A stretch of DNA of 53,007 nucleotides, from positions 1-53,007 of the forward strand of contig JAZUJS010000081.1 in assembly GCA_045642865.1 (NCBI GenBank). Reading direction: 5' to 3'. The position numbers and the translations under genes are program-made. This stretch comes from Candidatus Nanosyncoccus sp. (GTDB lineage: Bacteria; Patescibacteriota; Saccharimonadia; Saccharimonadales; Saccharimonadaceae). This document shows positions 24,450-33,505 of this stretch, piece by piece; the first letter of the stretch is position 1; every line of letters begins with the position of its first letter. The notes under the pieces are model-generated. The model ran no database searches. It was not told the origin of the DNA and saw nothing but the letters and a program-made list of their open reading frames with translations.

Positions 24450-26837
24450 TTAGGCGACGATATTAAGCAATTTTGCTTGCTTAATGTAGATGATCTTTTT
24501 TGGCTCGCCCGGAACGAATTTTTGAATTTTTTCGTTTGCGAGAGCGAGTTGTTTGATTTTATCTTCATTATCAAGTTCGTCAGCAGCGATAGCGATTTTG
24601 GCGCGCAATTTACCATTGACTTGAACGACGATTTCGACGCTGTCAGCTACGAGACAATCATTGTCCCAAGTTGGCCATTCATCATCAACGTCGAGTTTTT
24701 CGAGCATTTCACAGGCGAGATGTGGCGCAAATGGTTTGAGCAACTTGGCGAGTGCAATCAAATCTTCGGTCGTGGCGCCCACTTTATAGAGTTCATTAAC
24801 ATATTCCATCAATGTTGCGACGGCAGTATTGAAGCCACAGCGATGAATATCTTCGGTTACCTTCTTGATCGTCTTATTGCGAAGGACGACGCGATTAGAT
24901 TCGTTATCGTTGATTGCGATATTGTCCTTAAAACAGAGGTTCCAGCAGCGGTTAAGGAAGCGGTAGACACCACCAACCGAGCGTGGATCCCAGGCAGCAT
25001 CAAGTTCGACTGGGCCAATGAACATTTCGTAGGTACGGAGAGTATCAGCACCATAACCATCATTGATCACATCGAGTGGATCGATGACGTTGCCCTTAGA
25101 TTTAGACATTTTCTTGCCATCTGGAGCATTAATGTAGCCGTGGTAGATCAATTTTTTGATTGGCTCGCGGAATGGCAAATAGCCTTGGTCGGCAAAGAAT
25201 TTACACCAGAAGCGAACATAGAGAAGGTGGGCGACTGCATGGTCGGCACCAACATAGACATCGGTTGGAGCCCAATATTTGATTGCTTCTGGATTCCAGG
25301 CGTGCTCCGCGTCGCGCGGGGAGGCGTAGCGCCAGAGATACCAGCTTGAACAGGCATAGCCATCCAAAGTATCGGTTTCACGAGTCATTTCTTCGCCATC
25401 GATGGTAACTTTGAGCCAGTCTTTGGCTTTGGCAAGTGCCGAGCGGCCAGAATCGTCTGGGCGATAGTCATCGACTTCCGGAATCATGACCGGAAGCTGA
25501 TCTTCTGGAATTGCGTGCGGATTACCATCTTTGTCGTAAGCGATAGGAATTGGACAACCCCAATAGCGTTGGCGAGAAATGAGCCAGTCACGCATTTTGT
25601 AGGTCGTTTTTGGCTCGCCGATGCCGCGTTCTTCGAGCCAGGCGGTAATTTGCTCACGCGCGTCTTCGGTCTTGATGTTATCAAATTGACCGGAGTTTAC
25701 GAGAAGACCTTCGCCATGATAGCATTTTTCATCATCGTCGGAGTTTTCTGGTTTTTCGATTACTTTACGAATCGGCAAGTCGAATTTTTCAGCAAAGGCA
25801 AAATCGCGTTCATCGTGAGCTGGGACACCCATGACGGCGCCTTCACCGTAGCCGGAGAGCACATAGTCTGCCACCCAGATCGGGAGTTCTTCGCCGTTTA
25901 GTGGATTAATTGCATATGAGCCGGTAAATACGCCGGTTTTCTCTTTGTTTTCTTGGCGTTCAATTTCGGATTTTTTGATTGCAGCTTGGCAATATTCTTC
26001 GACAGCAGCTTTGGTTTTTTCGTTGACTAATTCCTTAATCATTGAATGTTCTGGAGCGAGAACAAGGAAACTCACACCAAAAATCGTATCGACACGGGTC
26101 GTGAAGACGCGGATTGTAGCCTGCGAATCTTTAACAGCAAAGACCACATTGGAGCCCTTTGAGCGGCCAATCCAGTTCTTTTGCATGGTTTTGATTTTTT
26201 CTGGCCAGTCGAGCGCGTCGACATCCTCAAGTAATTCATCAGCGTAATCAGTAATTTTGAAGAACCATTGCTTCATTTTACGCTTTTCAACTTCGTGACC
26301 ACAGCGCCAGCAGCAACCGTTTTCTACCTGCTCGTTTGCAAGGACGGTTTTATCTTCTGGGCACCACCATTGGTAAGATTCTTTTTGATAAGCAAGGCCT
26401 TTTTTGAAGAGTTGCAAGAAGCACCACTGAGTCCACCTATAGTATTCTGGATCCGAAGTATTGATTTCGCGATCCCAGTCTATGGCATAACCGAGGCGCT
26501 TGGCTTGCTTGCGGAAGTTAGCAATATTGACCGCGGTGGCATCTTTTGGTGAAGTGCCAGTTTTGATAGCGTAGTTTTCGGCTGGGAGGCCAAAAGTATC
26601 ATAACCGAATGGACGCAAGACGTTCATTTTTTGCTGAGTATAGAAACGCGTCAAAACGTCAACAATCGTAAAGTTGCGGACATGACCCACGTGCAGGCCG
26701 GCACCGGATGGATACGGAAACATTTCAGCTAGGAACATTTTCGGAACACCATCTTTTTCTAGGGCGCGGAAAGGCTTCTCGTCTTCCCAACGTTTTTGCC
26801 ATTTTTCTTCGATTTTGAGCGGTTCATATCTTTCCAT
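24450..26837 (-). CDS. leuS: Leucyl-tRNA synthetase
   Basis: MFPYPSGAGLHVGH, editing domain FTTR.DT/GAVMGVPAHDERD, KMSKS, VVQVNGKLR. Confidence 0.98.
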   Translation of the reverse strand: MERYEPLKIEEKWQKRWEDEKPFRALEKDGVPKMFLAEMFPYPSGAGLHVGHVRNFTIVDVLTRFYTQQKMNVLRPFGYDTFGLPAENYAIKTGTSPKDATAVNIANFRKQAKRLGYAIDWDREINTSDPEYYRWTQWCFLQLFKKGLAYQKESYQWWCPEDKTVLANEQVENGCCWRCGHEVEKRKMKQWFFKITDYADELLEDVDALDWPEKIKTMQKNWIGRSKGSNVVFAVKDSQATIRVFTTRVDTIFGVSFLVLAPEHSMIKELVNEKTKAAVEEYCQAAIKKSEIERQENKEKTGVFTGSYAINPLNGEELPIWVADYVLSGYGEGAVMGVPAHDERDFAFAEKFDLPIRKVIEKPENSDDDEKCYHGEGLLVNSGQFDNIKTEDAREQITAWLEERGIGEPKTTYKMRDWLISRQRYWGCPIPIAYDKDGNPHAIPEDQLPVMIPEVDDYRPDDSGRSALAKAKDWLKVTIDGEEMTRETDTLDGYACSSWYLWRYASPRDAEHAWNPEAIKYWAPTDVYVGADHAVAHLLYVRFWCKFFADQGYLPFREPIKKLIYHGYINAPDGKKMSKSKGNVIDPLDVINDGYGADTLRTYEMFIGPVELDAAWDPRSVGGVYRFLNRCWNLCFKDNIAINDNESNRVVLRNKTIKKVTEDIHRCGFNTAVATLMEYVNELYKVGATTEDLIALAKLLKPFAPHLACEMLEKLDVDDEWPTWDNDCLVADSVEIVVQVNGKLRAKIAIAADELDNEDKIKQLALANEKIQKFVPGEPKKIIYIKQAKLLNIVA

Positions 26838-26877
26838 AATGAATATATTATACCATATTTTTATCTATTTTTTTATT

Positions 26878-26906
26878 TGCAAAACCCCCGCTGGCTAGGC
26901 GGGGGC
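26878..26906 (-). terminator. Terminator of small-peptide unit
   Basis: CCCCCGC/GCGGGGG stem followed by TTTT on the minus strand. Confidence 0.7.
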
Positions 26907-26954
26907 AATTTGGAGTAGTATAATTCTGTAACAAGGTAGTAGTTTATTGTTTTA

Positions 26955-27022
26955 TTACTTCGTTTTCATCCGATGAGCAATATATTGTTTTTCTTACTTC
27001 GGTTTCATCCGATGAGTAATAT
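26955..27022. repeat. Imperfect 29-bp direct repeat with 39-nt period duplicating the peptide C-terminus and stop
   Basis: TTACTTCGTTTTCATCCGATGAGCAATAT (26955) vs TTACTTCGGTTTCATCCGATGAGTAATAT (26994). Confidence 0.9.
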
Positions 27023-27134
27023 TTCGCGAATGAAGTTTGTTAGCAGTATTAATACGTTGTGAGGTAGGATAGTTATTGGCAAATAATATTGTTATACTGC
27101 ACATCATTACAATCACGTTGAACATTAAACCCAT
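26994..27134 (-). CDS. 46-aa peptide, hydrophobic N-half and basic C-half (not in ORF track)
   Basis: MGLMFNVIVMMCSITILFANNYPTSQRINTANKLHSRNITHRMKPK; GAAAGGAGG SD; TTGACA-17-TAAAAT promoter (27230..27202). Confidence 0.7.
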   Translation of the reverse strand: MGLMFNVIVMMCSITILFANNYPTSQRINTANKLHSRNITHRMKPK

Positions 27135-27283
27135 GGCACGCCCTCCTTTCGTGCATATTCCTACAGTGTCTCGCTATAAAGTACAAATTAGCTTAGGGCA
27201 TATTTTATATTATTTGCTAGATATTGTCAAGACATATTAACCCCACAATAGTTGCCAATACATTTTGTGTTATAATTTAGCAA

Positions 27284-27790
27284 ATGAAATTAATTGTCAT
27301 TCTAGATAATATCCGCTCTACATATAATGTTGGCGCAATTTTGCGCACGGCTGAAGGTTTTGGTGCAGAAAAAGTGGTTCTATCTGGTTATACGCCACGC
27401 GTGCACGATAGCTCACTGCTGCCTCATATTCGAGAGAAATTAGACAAGGAAATTCATAAAACCGCCCTTGGAGCTGAAGATATGCTCGAAATTTATTCAT
27501 CTGGTGATATAATTTCTAGTTTGCAGGAACTGCGTGACGACGGGTATCAGATTGTGGGACTCGAGAATAATATTTCCGATTCGCGTTTAGTGCAAATTAA
27601 CTCACCAGACGCAAAATTACGATTGAGCGATAAAGTCTGTTTAATTCTTGGCGAAGAGGTGCACGGCATCGATTCTTCCCTCTATCAATTGATTGATTTA
27701 TTCCTAGAAATTCCAATGCAAGGCCAAAAAGAATCATTCAATGTTTCCGTCGCGGCCGGCATCGCAATGTATGCTATAATGAGCTTATGA
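27284..27790 (+). CDS. SpoU/TrmH-family RNA methyltransferase
   Basis: ILDNIRS.YNVGAILRTA, LILGEEVHGI, IPM.GQKESFNVSVAAGI. Confidence 0.93.
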   Translation: MKLIVILDNIRSTYNVGAILRTAEGFGAEKVVLSGYTPRVHDSSLLPHIREKLDKEIHKTALGAEDMLEIYSSGDIISSLQELRDDGYQIVGLENNISDSRLVQINSPDAKLRLSDKVCLILGEEVHGIDSSLYQLIDLFLEIPMQGQKESFNVSVAAGIAMYAIMSL

Positions 27791-29040
27791 AAATCGTCAT
27801 TTCGACCGCCGTCTATTATCCAATGACTAATGGTGTGGCTGTTTTTTCGCATAATCTTGCACTTGGCCTTGCAAAACGTGGCCACGAGGTAATGGTAATT
27901 TGCCCAAGTTTAACTGGAAAAAATCACACCATCGACGACCATGGTGTCAAAACCGTCTATCTTCATTCTGTCGAGTTGCCGGTTTATCCTGACCAGGTTA
28001 ACCCGATTCCACCAAAGAAAAAAGTTTTTGGGAAAGAGTTACCTCACGTTTTATATAAAAATGGCTTTCACGCTTCGGTTTTGCCAAGCCGCCAGATTAA
28101 AAAGGCCCTAGACAAGTTCCAGCCAGATGTGATTCATTGTCAGGTTTCCGATCCAATTGGTATTGCTATTGTGCGGTATGCACACAAACATCAGATTCCA
28201 CTCATTACGACCGAACATAATTTTCCAGACGTGATTACCGATCCACTCAAGCTACCAAAACTCGTCAAGAAACCAGTCAATGCCGTCTTGGCTGCTTATT
28301 TCGTGGGGCGCCAAAAGAAAAGCGACTACGTAACAATGCCAACCCAAATGGCCATTGATAATCTTATTTTGAAGCGCGCCAAGGATTTTAAGGTGCCAGT
28401 TGAGGCCGTTTCGAATGGTGTTGATTTGTCGGTTTTTAAAGATGCCCCAGCACCACAGGAAATTTATGATAAATATCATATCGCACAGGACGGCTCACCG
28501 ACGGCAATTTATGTGGGACGCGTCGACCCAGAGAAACAGATTAATATCGTGATTGACGCTTTTTCCAAAGTACATAATCTTCTACCAGCGGCTCGCCTTG
28601 TCATTGTGGGTGATGGCGTAGCAAAGGCCGGACTCGAGTCGCAAGTCGAGAAACTTGAGCTTCAGGGCAGTGTGCATTTTCTTGGCCGCGTTCTACCGCC
28701 GGATTTATATAGTTTATACAATATAGGTGATGTTTTTGTTACGGCTAGCGAAATCGAGACTCAAGGTATCGTTTTAATTGAAGCAGCCGCTTCCGGATTA
28801 CCGATTGTTGCCGTTGACAAGGGTGCCGTGCGCGAAGTCTGCAAGACTGGAGAAAATGGTTTCCTGTGCGAACCAAAGGATGTTGATCAAATCGCCAGCG
28901 GCATGTATCAATTACTGACCGATAAGACACTCAACCAGAAATGCTCCGAATGTAGTCTCAGCATTGCGCGTCGTCACGACATCAACTACACATTGCAGCG
29001 TTTTGAAGAAATTTACGCCGAAATGTGCCACAAAAAATAA
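27787..29040 (+). CDS. Glycosyltransferase family 4 (glycolipid synthase-like)
   Basis: YYP.TNGV, YVGRVDPEK, FVTASEIETQGIVLIEA.ASGLP. Confidence 0.9.
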   Translation: MKIVISTAVYYPMTNGVAVFSHNLALGLAKRGHEVMVICPSLTGKNHTIDDHGVKTVYLHSVELPVYPDQVNPIPPKKKVFGKELPHVLYKNGFHASVLPSRQIKKALDKFQPDVIHCQVSDPIGIAIVRYAHKHQIPLITTEHNFPDVITDPLKLPKLVKKPVNAVLAAYFVGRQKKSDYVTMPTQMAIDNLILKRAKDFKVPVEAVSNGVDLSVFKDAPAPQEIYDKYHIAQDGSPTAIYVGRVDPEKQINIVIDAFSKVHNLLPAARLVIVGDGVAKAGLESQVEKLELQGSVHFLGRVLPPDLYSLYNIGDVFVTASEIETQGIVLIEAAASGLPIVAVDKGAVREVCKTGENGFLCEPKDVDQIASGMYQLLTDKTLNQKCSECSLSIARRHDINYTLQRFEEIYAEMCHKK

Positions 29041-29069
29041 CTAGTCTTTCGGGGACTAGTTATTTTTTT
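29033..29069. terminator. Bidirectional terminator
   Basis: AAAATAACTAGTC..GACTAGTTATTTT. Confidence 0.85.
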
Positions 29070-29271
29070 ATTGAATATTTTTGAGGGCTTTTTTGATGGC
29101 TGGACGATCGAACCCCACGATTCGCACGTTGCCAATTTCGGTTACTGGTACGACGGTGATTTCTGGGTTGCCAGTAGCATCGACTTCTTCATATTCGACA
29201 CCCAAATCATCGAGCCAATCCATCAAAGCGTGACAGTATGGGCAAGTATTCGTAGAATAAACTTTAATCAT
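29068..29271 (-). CDS. Glutaredoxin-like (NrdH/YruB-type) protein
   Basis: VYST.TCPYC, VPV, IVGFD. Confidence 0.9.
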   Translation of the reverse strand: MIKVYSTNTCPYCHALMDWLDDLGVEYEEVDATGNPEITVVPVTEIGNVRIVGFDRPAIKKALKNIQ

Positions 29272-29289
29272 ATATATATTATATATTGT

Positions 29290-30474
29290 TTAGAGATTTT
29301 TTGCAGCATCGAGCTGGGGGTCACGCATGGCGTTAATATCATCATATGAACGCTCAACTTTAACATCTGGCTCAATGCCGGCCTTATTAATAGTGCGACC
29401 ATTTGGAGTATACCAGCTTGCAATTGTGACTTTAAGCATGGCGGAACCCGGCATGCTAAACATTTGTTGCACTACACCCTTACCATATGTAGTTTCGCCT
29501 AAAATGGTTGCTTTACCATAATCTTGCAAGGCGCCAGCAACAATTTCTGATGCAGAAGCAGTTGAACCGTTAACTAGGACGACAGTTTTCATATTAGCAA
29601 GCGGTGCATTGGAGGTATTTGTTCTTTGAACTTCATCTTTATAGTGTGCGGATTTTTGAATCAATGCAACATCATTATCTACCCAGAGCCCAATCATAGT
29701 AATTGCCGCATCCACATAGCCGCCGCCATTATTGCGTAAATCAAGAATTACTTTATTAATGCCCTTATCGGCAAACTCACGCGTGAAGTTTTGTACCATT
29801 ACACCAGTATCGGTATCAAAGCGTGTAACCGTGATAATTGCTGTCGTTCCGTCGTATTCGACATAGGCCGAAACATTATTAATTGCTTCGCGCTTCATAG
29901 TGTAGGTAAATTCTTGGCCGTTACGAACAACTGTTATTGATACTTCACTGCCAGTTTCGCCACGAATTTTATTGGCAATTTCGTCTGTTGATAAACTATA
30001 AACTTCCTCATCATTAACTTTATAGATGATGTCACCCGCCAAGATGCCAGCTTTGCCGGCCGGATTATCTGGCAAGGTGCGCAAAACACGCACATAACCA
30101 TCACGTAGGCCCATTTCAATACCGACACCCGAGCCGATATTGCCGTGGAGGGAGTCATTGTAAGCTTTGGCTTCTTCGGCGTCCATATAGACGGTGTAGA
30201 TATCACCCAAAGCCTCAGTTAGACCTTTTTTAGCCCCTTCAATAACATCTTTTTTCGAAATTTCTCCATCGTAGGATGCGCTGAGCCGATTATAAACGTC
30301 ATCGAGCGATGACCAGTCCATATTCGAAGAGGTAGATGCGCCGAGAAATGGAGCGAAGTTGGCAAACATTTTTGGTGCATAGAGCCCAATGAAGAATCCC
30401 GCAATCGCTAATACTGCGCCAATAATAATGGCATTGCTTAAACTAGTTTTCTTTTCTTGTAGTTTTTTCGTCAT
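29290..30474 (-). CDS. ctpA: Carboxyl-terminal processing protease (S41, PDZ)
   Basis: GVGIE PDZ, ILDLRNNGGG, TASASEIVAGALQD, TYGKGVVQ. Confidence 0.92.
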   Translation of the reverse strand: MTKKLQEKKTSLSNAIIIGAVLAIAGFFIGLYAPKMFANFAPFLGASTSSNMDWSSLDDVYNRLSASYDGEISKKDVIEGAKKGLTEALGDIYTVYMDAEEAKAYNDSLHGNIGSGVGIEMGLRDGYVRVLRTLPDNPAGKAGILAGDIIYKVNDEEVYSLSTDEIANKIRGETGSEVSITVVRNGQEFTYTMKREAINNVSAYVEYDGTTAIITVTRFDTDTGVMVQNFTREFADKGINKVILDLRNNGGGYVDAAITMIGLWVDNDVALIQKSAHYKDEVQRTNTSNAPLANMKTVVLVNGSTASASEIVAGALQDYGKATILGETTYGKGVVQQMFSMPGSAMLKVTIASWYTPNGRTINKAGIEPDVKVERSYDDINAMRDPQLDAAKNL

Positions 30475-30491
30475 GATATTATTCTAGCATA

Positions 30492-31637
30492 TTAGTTACT
30501 TTTTTGTTTATGCTTAGAAATAAAGTTGGTCAAAATTAAGAATCCGACCGAGAATAAGGTAATAATGACCAAGTTTACGAAGTATGGCTGCAGCTTGCCG
30601 ACTGTAACATCTTGCATATTCGCTAGAAGTTCATTGGAGTCGACATAATAGTAGCTCGGCAAGGCACGTGCGATGTTGAGTACGAATTCCGGCATCCACT
30701 CTCTTGGAATAAATACGCCCGTCAGGAAGCTTGAACCTAATGATACGACGTTGATGATAGCCAAGAATATCTGTGTATTCGAAATTAGATTCGCAATCAG
30801 GAAGGCAATCGCCGTGGAGCAAATCATAATAGCAAATGAGTTACCAATCATCAAGAGCCCATTTGCATTGAAGATAGTACTACCAATTAGTGCGTAGCCA
30901 ATTGTCACATAGATAGCCCAAACCGCTACCGAGCAACCAAGGCAGCATAGTACTAATTGACGGTTAATTTTCTTATAGCTTGTGGCGGAGACGATTGTAC
31001 GTTTGTTGAGATTTTTGCGCCTAAATGCCAAGATAACAGTGCCAATGGCAAAAGTTAGCCCCGCAAGCAAACTGTAATTCATAAAGTTAAAATAGAACAA
31101 CATTTTGGATTCGGCTGTAACATCCGCCTTAGATGCAATTTCAACCTTAGCCTCATTTTTGATAACTGCACGAGTTTTAGCAATCAAATCCGCCTCGTCG
31201 ACAGCGCTAGATGACAGTGCGTTAGCATTTTTGACATAGCGCGAGAGTAACATTTCCGATAAGTATCCGCCATAGCTACCAATTGACTCGATTTTTACTT
31301 CCGGATTGCTTCCTGCCATAATTTTGGCACCGAAGCCTTCGTCGATATAGATTACATAGTCGAGCCGATCATAGAACATGGCGTCGTAGAGTGCGTCACT
31401 TCCCTCTTCGTAATCACAAATATCCGCGTTTTCATCAAGATAAGCAACGAGATCCTTTGAAATCTGAGAATTATCCTTATCGAATATTACAACACTCGGT
31501 TCGGCCGCCTCGTAGCCCGTAACACCATTGCCATTTTGAAAATTAACAATAGTAAACAGGACCATTAAGCCTGTAAACATTATGAGTATCGCAGAATTCT
31601 TTTTAAGGACTTTTAGAAATGCTTTAAAGACTGTCAT
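30492..31637 (-). CDS. ABC-2 type exporter permease
   Basis: N-terminal TM, large extracellular domain, 5 C-terminal TMs; FLTGVFIP, LPSYYYV. Confidence 0.88.
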   Translation of the reverse strand: MTVFKAFLKVLKKNSAILIMFTGLMVLFTIVNFQNGNGVTGYEAAEPSVVIFDKDNSQISKDLVAYLDENADICDYEEGSDALYDAMFYDRLDYVIYIDEGFGAKIMAGSNPEVKIESIGSYGGYLSEMLLSRYVKNANALSSSAVDEADLIAKTRAVIKNEAKVEIASKADVTAESKMLFYFNFMNYSLLAGLTFAIGTVILAFRRKNLNKRTIVSATSYKKINRQLVLCCLGCSVAVWAIYVTIGYALIGSTIFNANGLLMIGNSFAIMICSTAIAFLIANLISNTQIFLAIINVVSLGSSFLTGVFIPREWMPEFVLNIARALPSYYYVDSNELLANMQDVTVGKLQPYFVNLVIITLFSVGFLILTNFISKHKQKSN

Positions 31638-32703
31638 ATTTTTGTCTCCTCAATACAATTACCGAAATCGTTGTCATAATGATTGCCGCAGTAAGCAGAC
31701 TGCAGATCTTGAACCAATATCGTTCGCCAACGCCATAGTTAATAATGGCATAAAATCCATCGGTTATCATTGCGGATGGATTAATCAGATTAATAATCGG
31801 CATCGACGTGTCGACGAGCAGTTTGATATCTGGACCCATCATACCAGCAAAGAAACAGCCGAGCATCGTAAAACCGGTTAGGATGCCATTCTTATTTTCT
31901 TCGCTTGTACGGAAAAGGCTTGCGACCAATACGCCAAGTGATAAACCGGTTATTGCGCCTATTAGTGAGAGTAGGACCATTGCTGGGGCGTGCTCGCCAA
32001 AATTAATTCCGAGGACAAGATTCATATATGAGAAGACTAATAATAGTCCCACGAGTTGCACTGTATAACACGCAAATAGTGTCGAAATAATCAGCTTGGA
32101 TTTTGGCGTAGCGGAGACAGCAATCCTTCTTCCGCTCATGCTCATATTGGCAAGGATACGATTAATCATCGACATCGCCATCATGCCACCATAGAGACAG
32201 GTCATAGCGATCAAGGAGAAATATTCAATCATCGCATAATTTATCTTGCGCGTGCTAATGTTCTTAATATTGGCAGGCTCGACTATACGACCAACCGCAA
32301 TCGATTGCGATACTTCCGTGATTATGTTCTGAACTATTGTTTCGCCCGTGCCGTTTTCTTTTACGACCATAGTTGGGGCGTCGGTAATTGGCGCGTTTTG
32401 CGCAAACTTCAAATAGCTAACTATTTCACCATCGTCTAATTTAGCCTTAGCTTCATCTTCACTCTGAACATATTCAGCATCAATATCGTTGGTCGCATTA
32501 AATACGCCCTTATAAATGTTGTACGACATTGAATTTTGATTTTCGACGACCGCAATCTTAATGGCTGAAAAACCAAGTGACTCATCAAGGCCGGAAAATG
32601 CCGCATAAAACAGAGTAGCCATAATAATCGGAAAGCCGAGCGTCCAGAAAATTAGCGACTTCGTCTTAAATAAGATTTTGTAAATACTTTTGAGATTCAA
32701 CAT
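31624..32703 (-). CDS. ABC-2 type exporter permease
   Basis: IFWTLGFPIIMATLF, same topology as neighbour; INPSAMITD. Confidence 0.88.
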   Translation of the reverse strand: MLNLKSIYKILFKTKSLIFWTLGFPIIMATLFYAAFSGLDESLGFSAIKIAVVENQNSMSYNIYKGVFNATNDIDAEYVQSEDEAKAKLDDGEIVSYLKFAQNAPITDAPTMVVKENGTGETIVQNIITEVSQSIAVGRIVEPANIKNISTRKINYAMIEYFSLIAMTCLYGGMMAMSMINRILANMSMSGRRIAVSATPKSKLIISTLFACYTVQLVGLLLVFSYMNLVLGINFGEHAPAMVLLSLIGAITGLSLGVLVASLFRTSEENKNGILTGFTMLGCFFAGMMGPDIKLLVDTSMPIINLINPSAMITDGFYAIINYGVGERYWFKICSLLTAAIIMTTISVIVLRRQKYDSL

Positions 32704-32704
32704 T

Positions 32705-33469
32705 TTAATTATCGCGCAGCTCCGTACCAGTTAATTCCAAAAATACATCATTAAGAGTTGGGCCAACAACTTGCTGTTTTACCTTGCCTTTAACAAGCTT
32801 CTTAAGCTCGTCATTCGTGCCAGATGCAATAATGTGACCTTTGTCAATAATAATGATACGATCACAGATTTGCTCAACTTCTTCCATATAGTGAGTAGTA
32901 TAGACAATTGTAGCGCCTTTGTCGCGAAGTTCCTTAATTCCCTCAAGAATACGATTACGACTCTGCGGATCAACGGCGACGGTTGGTTCGTCAAGAAAAA
33001 TTAGCTTTGGCTTGTGAGCAATGCCACAGGCGATATTAAGACGACGCAATAAACCACCAGAAAGCTTTTTTGGCACATATTTTTTGAAATTATCGAGGCC
33101 AACCAAATCGATAGCTTCTTCGACATATTTCTTGCGTGTTTTCTTGTCGCTAATATATAGACTGCAAAAATAATCAATGTTTTCTTCAACGGTTAGTTCA
33201 TTAAAGACAGCAACTTCCTGAAATACGACACCGATCTGACGCTTAATATCATAGCTATCTGGATGCATTATTTTACCAAAAATATGAATTTCGCCATCAT
33301 CATAATTTAGAAGTGACAAAACCGAATTAATAGTCGTGGACTTTCCGCTGCCGTTCGGACCAAGCAAACCTAGAATTTCACCTTTATAGACATCGAAGGA
33401 GAGATCATTAATGGCGGTAGTTTCTTTATATTTTTTAGTTAAGTGTTCAACTTCGATAATTTTTTCCAT
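32705..33469 (-). CDS. ABC transporter ATP-binding protein
   Basis: GPNGSGKST, LSGG, LDEPT, TTHYMEE. Confidence 0.95.
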   Translation of the reverse strand: MEKIIEVEHLTKKYKETTAINDLSFDVYKGEILGLLGPNGSGKSTTINSVLSLLNYDDGEIHIFGKIMHPDSYDIKRQIGVVFQEVAVFNELTVEENIDYFCSLYISDKKTRKKYVEEAIDLVGLDNFKKYVPKKLSGGLLRRLNIACGIAHKPKLIFLDEPTVAVDPQSRNRILEGIKELRDKGATIVYTTHYMEEVEQICDRIIIIDKGHIIASGTNDELKKLVKGKVKQQVVGPTLNDVFLELTGTELRDN

Positions 33470-33505
33470 AGAAAGTATTATATCATACTTTGAACACGTT
33501 TATGA

